This document shows, piece by piece, positions 38,096 to 47,237 of a DNA stretch of 64,000 nt (its first letter is position 1; each line of letters begins with the position of its first letter). The notes beneath the pieces are model-generated. The model searched no databases. It saw only the letters and a program-made list of their open reading frames with translations, and was not told the DNA's origin. The stretch comes from an uncultured archaeon (GTDB lineage: Archaea; Asgardarchaeota; Thorarchaeia; Thorarchaeales; Thorarchaeaceae). The DNA is taken from NCBI GenBank assembly GCA_964458565.1, contig CAYWJO010000003.1, positions 32,001 through 96,000 of the forward strand, given 5' to 3'. The translations under genes and the position numbers were made by a program.

Positions 38096-38891
38096 GGACA
38101 AACCCTCCCACTTGCTCATCATAGTGTTCAAGATTGGATGGTGTATATTCAGAGAGGAAAATTTCCACAATCTCATCAAGGTCCCGTCTAATCCCATATG
38201 ATTTGAAATCCATCAATACGTTTCTAATATCACGTCGAAGTAGTTGAGTCACATGCTTCATGTCAGCCCATGCATTCACACGATATGCTTGAGGAACATC
38301 AATAATCCATGGTCGCTCCTGCCACCATAGAATATTGTATCCACTCAGGTCACCGTGAACCCAATGAGCATCCCGATACATGAGGAGATAATCATCTAGA
38401 ATCTGATCAAGTACTGACTCCGGATTCTTGAGATCAACATCTCTAAGCTGAGGAGCAGGTAATCCATTCTCACCAATCAAACGCATCGTTAGATAGTTGC
38501 CAACTCGCCCAATGGGAGTTGGCACATGTACACCTGCTTTGAAGCACTCCATCAGTATGTCAAATTCCCTTGCTGCCAACATTGCCATCTTACCAGGGGC
38601 ATAGAACCCTTTCCCTTTTTGCGCCTGTGCGGTTGTCCAAAACCTGTAGGCTTTCAGTAAGATAGGATGTTCCATCCAGCGAGCAATGAAGATAGACGCT
38701 TCCTTTCCAGCTTTTGCTTGATAGATTACATCTGTAGCAAGCATAAACTCTATTGCATCAGTCTTAACATCCTCAAAGGTGATTTCACTGATATCCACTG
38801 CTTTACCCCAACGATCACCTCTGCTTGCATCTCGCTTATGAGAGAGCGCGGAAGCTTTCCTTGGGTTGAATTTCTCTACAACACCACCCAT
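38088..38891 (-). CDS. RIO1-family atypical Ser/Thr kinase (copy 1)
   Basis: AGKEASIF, HGDLSGYNIL, IIDVPQ; likely ATG at 38891 after GGAGG. Confidence 0.9.
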   Translation of the reverse strand: MGGVVEKFNPRKASALSHKRDASRGDRWGKAVDISEITFEDVKTDAIEFMLATDVIYQAKAGKEASIFIARWMEHPILLKAYRFWTTAQAQKGKGFYAPGKMAMLAAREFDILMECFKAGVHVPTPIGRVGNYLTMRLIGENGLPAPQLRDVDLKNPESVLDQILDDYLLMYRDAHWVHGDLSGYNILWWQERPWIIDVPQAYRVNAWADMKHVTQLLRRDIRNVLMDFKSYGIRRDLDEIVEIFLSEYTPSNLEHYDEQVGGFVHE

Positions 38892-39109
38892 TATGCACAA
38901 CCTCCATGGTTATTGGTATGGTGTCGGTATTGGTTTTGTATCTGCAATTTTTTTGTTCACTCTCATTGACCAAGTTGCACATGTCCTACGTTAATAGCTC
39001 AATAAACCAAGTAGAAGCAGATACTACACACGTGTGGAGCGAAATCTACGTTCCTTCAGGCATGACATGCGTGACTGACTGAAGTGCACACAGAATCAGA
39101 AATGGGCAA

Positions 39110-39169
39110 CTAAGCCCATACACCACAGGTGCAGAAATCTACTACAAATTCAAGTTTGTTAACAATCAT
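39110..39169 (-). CDS. Putative 19-aa leader peptide (uORF) of the RIO operon
   Basis: GGAGGTG RBS at 39180-39186; MIVNKLEFVVDFCTCGVWA; stop lies in the loop of hairpin ATGGGC-TTAGTT-GCCCAT. Confidence 0.55.
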   Translation of the reverse strand: MIVNKLEFVVDFCTCGVWA

Positions 39170-39224
39170 ATACTATCTACACCTCCAAATGTGGTTCATG
39201 TGATTCTTCAGCCAGATTAACTTG

Positions 39225-39232
39225 CATATAAA
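39225..39232 (-). promoter_or_regulatory. Candidate TATA box for the leader/RIO transcript
   Basis: TTTATATG about 55 nt upstream of the uORF ATG. Confidence 0.4.
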
Positions 39233-39365
39233 GATTCGCCACAGCGCCTGTTCGGTTTTTTGCATTTTTTCAAATTGAACCTATTCAGCATTACAGTGCA
39301 TCCCATATGAAGAGATGGATTTGTGAGTTAGAACAGGCAGAAAAGCCAATTAATCTGAAAGGCAA

Positions 39366-41030
39366 CTAGGCTAACGCAGCTCCACACTCTGGACAGAATT
39401 TCGAGGCTGTACCAATGTCCGCCTTGCATGCAGGGCATCGACCAACAAGGGTCGTGAACATAGGAACTAACGAATCTCTCACTCCTTCAACGAGAAGTTG
39501 GCGTGTCCAAATCACATCTATTCCTTTTTTGAATAGCTTCATTGATTCAGGATTCTGGAAAGAATTACCAGCGAGAAGCACTTTTTCATACGATGTTTTG
39601 AACGCTGGATTATCCTTCAATAATTTCTTGACAGTTTTTTGTAACATAGAATCAAGCTCAGCATCGAGCGGCTGATATTCATATGGTAAAGACAAACGAT
39701 CTTCTGGTATTATGATAGGAGGTATAATTAGAGGGGGTCCTTTGTTGTAGGTAACAACATATGTCTTAATGTTTAACTGAGTCAGAGGTGCTAGACCCTT
39801 TATCGCATCATTTTCCAAAGTCAGATAACGAATGCGTTCGAGTTCCTTTCTTAGATCATCAACTCTGACACCTACTACTTTTTCCATCTTTGTTACGGAT
39901 TCTGTAACAGCTTTCTTCAATTTCTCAAACTCGATCTTCCTCTGCGTGATTTCTTCATTCAAATCAGAGAGGGCAGTAAGATGTTCAGCTATTTGCTCTT
40001 CGGTAGATACTTCTTCTTGACGAATATTATCGTCAAGATCATTATCAAGATCTATTGCTTGTTGGAGAGAGTTCTCTGCCAAATCATCCATACTATTGGT
40101 GACATCATCAAAACGAGACTGAATATCTCGAAGGTCCTCCACAAGTAATCTGTATCGCTCAACTGCGGTTTGGATGTCCATTTCGCCTTCTGCGAGATCA
40201 GTTCTTAGAATTTTGGTCTGTTCGATAGCTTCAGAGAAGAAACGCTCGATATCAACAAGCTCCCTACCGAATTTGGTTACAATGGTTTTTTCATCTTTCC
40301 TTCTTCGGTCTCGTAGTCTGTATGTCTTATCTGAAAGGCGATCCTTTAATCGGTCAACTTTTGCATCGGTATTTGTTTGCTGGACTTGATATCGTTTCTC
40401 AAGTCGACTGATTTCAGATGAAATCACGTTATCTAAGATACGTAGTTGGTCAGTTAGACGGTCATGCGCTATTGTTTGCAATTCCTCTATGTTACTTAGT
40501 CGGTTTTGCGCATCTTCTACAATGCATTGAAACTCCTCACTTGTGGATAAGGAACTTTGAGAATCTATCTTCATCTCAGGTATATTCAATTCTATGTTAG
40601 GTTCTATTTGCGTATAGCAGCTCGCAAGGCGAACGAAAATCTCAGGCTCTCTGAGATTATGAATGTGATGCTCCTTCTGCTCAATATCATTTACCAGAGG
40701 AAGCGCCTTAGCAACAGCATCAGGAATGTCCTCAGAATTCATGATTTCCTTGGTGAGAATGCGCCTTATTGGACCAAGCGCTTTGCTTTCACTGACTGAT
40801 ATTTTGGTGGAGTCATCTCCAATACTGGAGAGTACAATGGATCTTGAATCTGACACTTGAATAATCCAGAAGGGAAATGAAACGGCCGTAAGATGCGTGA
40901 TTTTTGCTTTCCCCTTTCTATTGGACTCAGCTAGAATGAAGGCCATCGCAAGTCCTATTTCATCAGACTCAAGTTCAAACTCTTTACCTTTCTGTCGATA
41001 GACAAATTCGAGAGCGATGCGTCGGACCAT
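39366..41030 (-). CDS. Long coiled-coil protein with C-terminal Zn ribbon
   Basis: Extended central heptad region; CPAC...FCPECG. Confidence 0.75.
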   Translation of the reverse strand: MVRRIALEFVYRQKGKEFELESDEIGLAMAFILAESNRKGKAKITHLTAVSFPFWIIQVSDSRSIVLSSIGDDSTKISVSESKALGPIRRILTKEIMNSEDIPDAVAKALPLVNDIEQKEHHIHNLREPEIFVRLASCYTQIEPNIELNIPEMKIDSQSSLSTSEEFQCIVEDAQNRLSNIEELQTIAHDRLTDQLRILDNVISSEISRLEKRYQVQQTNTDAKVDRLKDRLSDKTYRLRDRRRKDEKTIVTKFGRELVDIERFFSEAIEQTKILRTDLAEGEMDIQTAVERYRLLVEDLRDIQSRFDDVTNSMDDLAENSLQQAIDLDNDLDDNIRQEEVSTEEQIAEHLTALSDLNEEITQRKIEFEKLKKAVTESVTKMEKVVGVRVDDLRKELERIRYLTLENDAIKGLAPLTQLNIKTYVVTYNKGPPLIIPPIIIPEDRLSLPYEYQPLDAELDSMLQKTVKKLLKDNPAFKTSYEKVLLAGNSFQNPESMKLFKKGIDVIWTRQLLVEGVRDSLVPMFTTLVGRCPACKADIGTASKFCPECGAALA

Positions 41031-41230
41031 TATGAAATCACCTTAGAATGAAAACATCGAGATTCTAGGGTTAATTACGTTTGTTGTGCTATCCTCCCAA
41101 GGAGAACAAGATTCCTGCAGACAGGGAAGGATTTATCTTATCATTTCTGAGCGGTGTTACGATTTCTATTTGAGATTTAGAATGAAACTCATACACGAAA
41201 TTGAATCAATTACACCAGAGGAGGACGCAA

Positions 41231-42934
41231 ATGGCAAATCCAATGAACCCACTCATAGTACAATCAGATAAATCAGTCCTATTGGAAGTTGACAACCCAA
41301 GGTATGAAGAAGCGCGAGATTCTCTAGCAAGATTTGCTGAGCTCGTAAAGAGCCCAGAGTACGTCCATACCTATCGTGTTACTCCACTCAGTCTCTGGAA
41401 TGCAGCAGCTCTTGGAATTACAGCTAGAGAAGTTATTGATTCATTGGAAGAATTTGCCAAATATCCAATCCCTAGTAATATCTCAAGAGAGATTATTGAT
41501 TATATGACTAGGTTCGGTCAGATCACTCTGCTCAAGGAAGGATCTGATTTGATACTTGAATGCGACAATGAAGACCTAGCCTCTGAAATTTGGCAAAGCA
41601 AGAAAGTAAGAGAGCATCTTCAAGAACGAATTGATGAGAGGACATTCCTCGTTGAACCAGGTGAGAGGGGTTTTCTGAAACATGCATTAATAGAGATTGG
41701 ACACCCAGTCGAAGACCTTGCGGGTTACGTCGAGGGAGAACACTTACCCTTTGAGCTACGTGAAACAACTCTTGAAGGAAGACCATTCGCTCTGAGGAAA
41801 TATCAGGATGAGTCAGTCGCAACATTTCATGCAGGAGGCGGTGTGAAAGGTGGGTCGGGGGTTGTTGTTTTACCCTGCGGCGCAGGAAAGACGATGGTCG
41901 GAATTGGAGTGATGTACAAACTACAGACATCCACTGTCATCCTCTGTCCTAACACAGTTGCAGTGCGACAGTGGATTCATGAGATTCTTGATAAGACAAC
42001 GATTACTCCCGATCAAATTGGGGAGTATACTGGAGATTCAAAGAATGTCAGACCAATCACCGTTGCTACGTATCAAATTCTGACCTGGCGAAGATCAAAA
42101 GACGATCAGTTTGAGCATTTTGGTATCTTTGAAGAGAGAAACTGGGGATTGATTATTTACGATGAAGTGCATCTTCTACCAGCACCAGTGTTCAGAGCTA
42201 CAGCGAATATACAAGCTACAAGAAGACTAGGTCTGACGGCTACACTTGTTCGAGAGGATGAAAGGGAAGAGGATGTCTTCAGCCTTATAGGTCCCAAAAG
42301 ATTCGATATGCCTTGGAAGTTACTTGAGGATAAAGGGTGGATTGCCACAGCTATATGTTATGAGATTCGTGTAGAACTACCCGATAATATGAGAAGAAAA
42401 TATGCTCTTGCAGAAGATCGGAAGAAGTACAGAATTGCAGCTGAAAATCCAAAGAAGCTAGAGATAATCGAAACTCTTCTGAATTATCATGAAGCGGATA
42501 ATATTCTGGTAATTGGCATGTATATAGATCAGTTGCAGATAATCGCTGAGAAAATCAATGTACCTCTAATTACTGGCAAGACCAATAATGCTGAACGTCA
42601 ACGGCTCTATGAAGAGTTCCGAGAAGGCAGGATAAAGGTCCTCGTTGTATCCAAGGTTGCCAACTTTGCTCTAGACCTTCCTGATGCAAATGTAGCGATT
42701 CAAGTATCGGGTACATTTGGTTCACGTCAAGAAGAAGCACAACGACTTGGTAGAATTCTAAGACCGAAAACCGATGGAAGTTTTGCTAGATTCTATTCAG
42801 TGATCACAAAAGACACTAGAGATATGGATTTTGCAGCTAAACGACAGCTCTTCCTCACTGAACAAGGGTATCAGTATGTAATAGCTTCTGATGAGGAATA
42901 CATCTGGGAACGGGCACCTGAGAGTTTCTTCTAG
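41231..42934 (+). CDS. xpb: XPB/Rad25 DNA helicase with N-terminal (Helicase_C_3-type) domain
   Basis: LPCGAGKT, DEVH, GLTATLVRED (RED motif), QEEAQRLGRILR; N-terminal PLIVQSDKSVLLE domain. Confidence 0.93.
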   Translation: MANPMNPLIVQSDKSVLLEVDNPRYEEARDSLARFAELVKSPEYVHTYRVTPLSLWNAAALGITAREVIDSLEEFAKYPIPSNISREIIDYMTRFGQITLLKEGSDLILECDNEDLASEIWQSKKVREHLQERIDERTFLVEPGERGFLKHALIEIGHPVEDLAGYVEGEHLPFELRETTLEGRPFALRKYQDESVATFHAGGGVKGGSGVVVLPCGAGKTMVGIGVMYKLQTSTVILCPNTVAVRQWIHEILDKTTITPDQIGEYTGDSKNVRPITVATYQILTWRRSKDDQFEHFGIFEERNWGLIIYDEVHLLPAPVFRATANIQATRRLGLTATLVREDEREEDVFSLIGPKRFDMPWKLLEDKGWIATAICYEIRVELPDNMRRKYALAEDRKKYRIAAENPKKLEIIETLLNYHEADNILVIGMYIDQLQIIAEKINVPLITGKTNNAERQRLYEEFREGRIKVLVVSKVANFALDLPDANVAIQVSGTFGSRQEEAQRLGRILRPKTDGSFARFYSVITKDTRDMDFAAKRQLFLTEQGYQYVIASDEEYIWERAPESFF

Positions 42935-43956
42935 ATATTATGCAGTGGTTGATTTAGAAGATGAATCTTAGAATTTAGATATTCATTCATTTGACTAACC
43001 ACTTGCTTACTTGATAAGAATGATTCTACAATATTATGTTCTATCTGTATTAGACGCTCAACAGTCCAAGTAATGATAAAGAAGAGAGCAAGATTGCACA
43101 TATTCGAAAAATCAGATTCATCAATACCCAAAAGCATTGACTTCAAAACAGAAATTTGTTTTGATGTTTGTTCTGATTCCATCAAAATGTAAGCAAGGTC
43201 ATAGAGGGAATTTCCGAGTGCACACTCTTCGAAATCAAGAAATGTTATTTTATTACCTGAGAAAACGATGTTTCCCAGTTGAAAATCCCCATGCATCAAA
43301 TTCAAAGGCCAAGGGTTGGATACCTCTAGTAATGGATGCAATTTACAAGCAGCTGCATCCAATTTTTGTATTGCAGATTTAAGGACATCTGATATTGGAG
43401 GAAACTCAGATGTTGTAATGCCTAAGAAATCAATAACTGAGTCTAGAAATGTGGATGCCGAATAGAAAGAACGTATATTCATCGGTCGAATTTTAGATAA
43501 CTGTGTTCTACTACTGATTAGAACATCAAGCTCTGCTTTAGATAGTTCGGAAAGATTGGAATATTGATGTCCTTGGGCATATTTGTAAATTGCAAATGGA
43601 GTTTCCAGGTTATCACATATACGACCAAAGAAAATCGGTTCTGTAGAGAAACCAAAACGGAAAACTTCGTCTGCAATTGAGAAAGCATACTCATAGGGAT
43701 TTGTAGAAAATTCCCGCATTACAGCAGGGAGTTTCACAACAAAATCGGAGGAATCATTTGATGCAAGGAGATTGATACTTGTCCAACCTCCAATGGAAAT
43801 TGGTTGTATCTTGATTTCTGCTATTTTACCACGTATGGATTCGTTAATCAATTCGTTGTATTTTTCGATAGGTTTGTTTCGAATGCTATCAATTTTATTG
43901 TAATTCAAGGTAGTCTTCCAAAGATTCCAAAGCACTTTAAGGATAATGCAAGTCAC
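42931..43956 (-). CDS. Aminoglycoside phosphotransferase / choline kinase-like protein
   Basis: GGWTSIN, VVKL, HGDFQLGNI, FLDFEE, YDLAY; start uncertain. Confidence 0.75.
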   Translation of the reverse strand: MTCIILKVLWNLWKTTLNYNKIDSIRNKPIEKYNELINESIRGKIAEIKIQPISIGGWTSINLLASNDSSDFVVKLPAVMREFSTNPYEYAFSIADEVFRFGFSTEPIFFGRICDNLETPFAIYKYAQGHQYSNLSELSKAELDVLISSRTQLSKIRPMNIRSFYSASTFLDSVIDFLGITTSEFPPISDVLKSAIQKLDAAACKLHPLLEVSNPWPLNLMHGDFQLGNIVFSGNKITFLDFEECALGNSLYDLAYILMESEQTSKQISVLKSMLLGIDESDFSNMCNLALFFIITWTVERLIQIEHNIVESFLSSKQVVSQMNEYLNSKIHLLNQPLHNI

Positions 43957-43964
43957 AATATCTT

Positions 43965-44252
43965 ATGAATGGAAAACATGTCTTGCTGATTCTTGCACAT
44001 CTATTTAGAAAAAAGGGAGGGAGTATAGCAATTGATAATGCCGTAGAGTATCTCTCTTTTCGGTGCAGGTATGGAACACCCAGCAATATACGGAGACTCT
44101 TATTTTTAGGACTTCAGAATGAAATGATCTCAAAAGATAATGATTTGATAAACGCGGAATTTCTGTATGATAAACAAGAGATATCGCCAAACATCATACA
44201 AATACTGCATGAGAAAGTCTTTCTCGATAAGAATGTGGAAGAGTTACTTTAA
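43965..44252 (+). CDS. Small hypothetical protein (DUF2240-like)
   Basis: LAHLFRKKG...YLSFRCRYGTP pattern. Confidence 0.5.
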   Translation: MNGKHVLLILAHLFRKKGGSIAIDNAVEYLSFRCRYGTPSNIRRLLFLGLQNEMISKDNDLINAEFLYDKQEISPNIIQILHEKVFLDKNVEELL

Positions 44253-45376
44253 TTCTTGTCTATGGATACAATATTTCCTATTGATGCCAACAAGGCACTC
44301 AGTTGTATGAAAGGATTTCTTGTCTGGGTGATTCTAAAATCAATCTCTGCGATGCGATCCAGCAGTTGCTGTGTTTTTTCAGATGACAACGGTCTCAAAA
44401 GAATATCCTGTTGAATTGCCACAATCAGTTCATCAGAGGAGTGTCCACCAATAGTCAATAATGTTCTCATATCATCACGCGCTTTCAAGTACGCCCCCTT
44501 GATAGCAGCTGAAACGATGTTTCTTACACTCTCTTTGAAACTATCTCTTGTACTTTCATAGACAATGTCTTCAGTTATAACCTTCTTTCTAGCTGCGGAT
44601 ATCTGTAGAAGACCTAATGCATATCTCGCATCCCCAGAAGATTCTCTGGATAGAGCTTGGAGAGCTGCAACCTCAACCTCAACACTCTCTTTTTTCGCAA
44701 CTTCGATTATCAAGTTCTGAATTGCTTGATCATCCAAAGCAGGAAATCGTAAGACTAGGCTTCTTGAAATCACGGCTGGACTCCAGCCAGATACAGAATT
44801 TGTAATTAAGATAAAACGGCATGATTGGTTGTACAGTTCCATTGTTCTACGAAGTGCTTGCTGCATGTTGTTATCAAGTGCATCGGCTTCATCAAGAACA
44901 AGTAATTTCACACTTTCATCAGCTACAGTAATTGTAGATGCAAACAGTCTGATAGCAGTCTGCAAAAGCTGACTCTTATTCGGGTCTCTGCTGTGACCTT
45001 TGGCCTTCAATTCCGACTTTGCTTCATTATATACAACTGACATATATTCGTCTAGTTCGTCTCTTTCAGAACGAGAGAGTTTTGCAAGCTGTTGAACTGT
45101 ACGCTTTGCATCAGATATTGAGATATCACGAAGATCACATATATTTAGTAACTTGAAATTTGAATTATATGCAGAACCAAGGAACTCTCGTGAAAAGAGC
45201 TTAGCAGCTGCAGTCTTTCCTGTTCCTGGAGGTCCATAGAGAATCATATTAGGGCAAGTTTTTGATTTGACAAAGTTGGACAATTGGGAGATTGCTTTTT
45301 CTTGACCCTTGAAATCTGACCATTTTGTTGGGCGGTATTTCACACTCCAGAGAGCAGGTTCCACTATATTCACCAT
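44249..45376 (-). CDS. rfcS: Replication factor C small subunit-like protein with helical insertion
   Basis: WSVKYRP, GPPGTGKT, LDEAD, QQALRRTME, GDAR. Confidence 0.85.
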   Translation of the reverse strand: MVNIVEPALWSVKYRPTKWSDFKGQEKAISQLSNFVKSKTCPNMILYGPPGTGKTAAAKLFSREFLGSAYNSNFKLLNICDLRDISISDAKRTVQQLAKLSRSERDELDEYMSVVYNEAKSELKAKGHSRDPNKSQLLQTAIRLFASTITVADESVKLLVLDEADALDNNMQQALRRTMELYNQSCRFILITNSVSGWSPAVISRSLVLRFPALDDQAIQNLIIEVAKKESVEVEVAALQALSRESSGDARYALGLLQISAARKKVITEDIVYESTRDSFKESVRNIVSAAIKGAYLKARDDMRTLLTIGGHSSDELIVAIQQDILLRPLSSEKTQQLLDRIAEIDFRITQTRNPFIQLSALLASIGNIVSIDKN

Positions 45377-45518
45377 CTCTAAAATTAATTAATAGCTCAG
45401 GCTGATAAGCTTGTTCCTAAATTATACGACATACCTTGTGGTACACTACCGCAATTGTCTTATACGATGAATCTAGCGACGCTTGTTTATTGAAGGCGTT
45501 TCTTGGAGCAGGATAGAG

Positions 45519-47237
45519 ATGTCAACCGATACTCTTGATAAAGAACTTGAGCACATGTTTAGAGAAGACCTGTTGGTTGCCTGTCAATATTGGGACATAG
45601 ATGTTAGCACAAGCAAATCAGGAACGCAGCTCACAGAGCTTCTATCAAAGAGGATGAAAGATAAAAAAGCTCGCGAAACCATTTTTGCTACTTTTACACC
45701 GGGAGAGAAGGATCTTCTAGGTATGCTGACCTTGAATGGTGGTGCTTTATCATATGATAGACTTAAACCATACAGGAAGATATACAGCTATGGACAATTG
45801 AATCAGACAGAACGAGATTTGAGAAAGAAAGGACTGATCATAAGACGAATGCAGTCAAGGTTGACTGAATTTGGAAGAGAAGTTGCTGAATTCAAAATTA
45901 TTGATTTTTTCGTACCACATCTTCGTGAATATTTCACAAGAAAACCTGAACCGAATCCAGAACCTCCAAGAAAAATCAGAAAATATGTGAATGAGCGAGA
46001 TTCACTACTTGTTGACATGCTTTTGCTAGTTTCATATCTTGCTAAGAATGAAGTAAATATGACAAGTAGTTGGGAGTTTCCAAAAAGAGAGATTGATCAT
46101 ATCAAGGAAGCAATGTCAGAACCAAGTGAGGAAAGATTCGAACTCGTTCAGAAATTCGCTAGAAAAGCTGGAGTCTACACAATTGTCGAAGAAGACAGAG
46201 TCGTTCCATCAAAGATTGATAATCTATTTGCCGGAAAGCGAGATCAAGTGGTCAAGCGAATCCTTCTTACTCAATTGGGACGAACCCGTGCAATATGGGC
46301 GACACCAGACCAACCAACTGAATACACACTCAATTTGTCAATCTGTCGTCTAAGAGAAAGTAATCAAGAAGAGTGGATAGATATTGAACAGATGAGAGAC
46401 TGGATTAGAACCGAACTCTTCATTGAAAATGAGCCATTGAAATGGATTCAAGTTGATGATGAACGGGTAAGAATGGCATTAGAAACCCCATTACTTCTAG
46501 GACTTATTGAAGGTGCATTCAAGGGTAAGAAGTTGTTAGCAGTTAAACTTACAGATATTGGGGAGGTAGTCCTAGCCAAATCGGAGTTATCAGGTGTTTC
46601 GCATCAAGACACCTTCTTTGTACAACCTAATTTCGAATTAACAGTATTTACGAGTGAGATGGACTATTCTAAACTCTACAAATTGATGCTTTTCACAAGC
46701 CCAGTCAAGACTGATGTCGTTAGTACATTTCGAATAACAGACAAATCCATCTTTCAAGCAATAGAGATTGGACTCAGAGAAAGTGATATACTCACCTTCC
46801 TAGAAAAAGAAAGTAGCAAACCTGTACCCGCCAATGTTGTGAGGTCCATTAATGATTGGACATCACAGACTACCTTCGCCACATTATCGAATGTTCAATT
46901 ATTTGAAACCGAAACCGAAAAAGACATGGAAAATCTCCTGTTGATACCAGACTTCTGTAAATATGTTGAGAGACGAATAGGACCGACAGCTGTCGTTTTG
47001 TCGGGAGAGCCTGAAGCAATAACTGAAAATTTGAGAGATCACAAGATCAATATCAAAGAAGTTGGGCAGAAGGCATTAGAGAGTGAATCTCCCCCTAGTA
47101 CGGTAATAACAGATCAGGTTTTACTCGTAGGTGAGGATATCGGAGATATTCCTGAAGCATGTGTTGGTTGTCCCGCAGTCCATTCGTGTAACAGGGTAGT
47201 ACGAAGAAAGGCTGAAGCGAAAAGAGGAACTGCATAA
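45519..47237 (+). CDS. Helicase-associated (XPB-NTD / p52-Tfb2 clutch-like) domain protein
   Basis: FVQPNFEL...FRITDKSIFQAIEIGL...ILTFLE..S..PVPANVVRSINDW; C-terminal CVGC..C. Confidence 0.78.
   Translation: MSTDTLDKELEHMFREDLLVACQYWDIDVSTSKSGTQLTELLSKRMKDKKARETIFATFTPGEKDLLGMLTLNGGALSYDRLKPYRKIYSYGQLNQTERDLRKKGLIIRRMQSRLTEFGREVAEFKIIDFFVPHLREYFTRKPEPNPEPPRKIRKYVNERDSLLVDMLLLVSYLAKNEVNMTSSWEFPKREIDHIKEAMSEPSEERFELVQKFARKAGVYTIVEEDRVVPSKIDNLFAGKRDQVVKRILLTQLGRTRAIWATPDQPTEYTLNLSICRLRESNQEEWIDIEQMRDWIRTELFIENEPLKWIQVDDERVRMALETPLLLGLIEGAFKGKKLLAVKLTDIGEVVLAKSELSGVSHQDTFFVQPNFELTVFTSEMDYSKLYKLMLFTSPVKTDVVSTFRITDKSIFQAIEIGLRESDILTFLEKESSKPVPANVVRSINDWTSQTTFATLSNVQLFETETEKDMENLLLIPDFCKYVERRIGPTAVVLSGEPEAITENLRDHKINIKEVGQKALESESPPSTVITDQVLLVGEDIGDIPEACVGCPAVHSCNRVVRRKAEAKRGTA

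Noticed and set aside
39056-39112. UAG readthrough of the RIO leader would add LPISDSVCTSVSHACHA, which resembles the VSHDACHSA repeat
   Set aside because: Short match that could be chance; 5 kb from the rSAM; many genes here end in TAG, so there is no sign of amber recoding
44930-45140. Intein in RFC
   Set aside because: Insert is too short and lacks the C/S start and HN end
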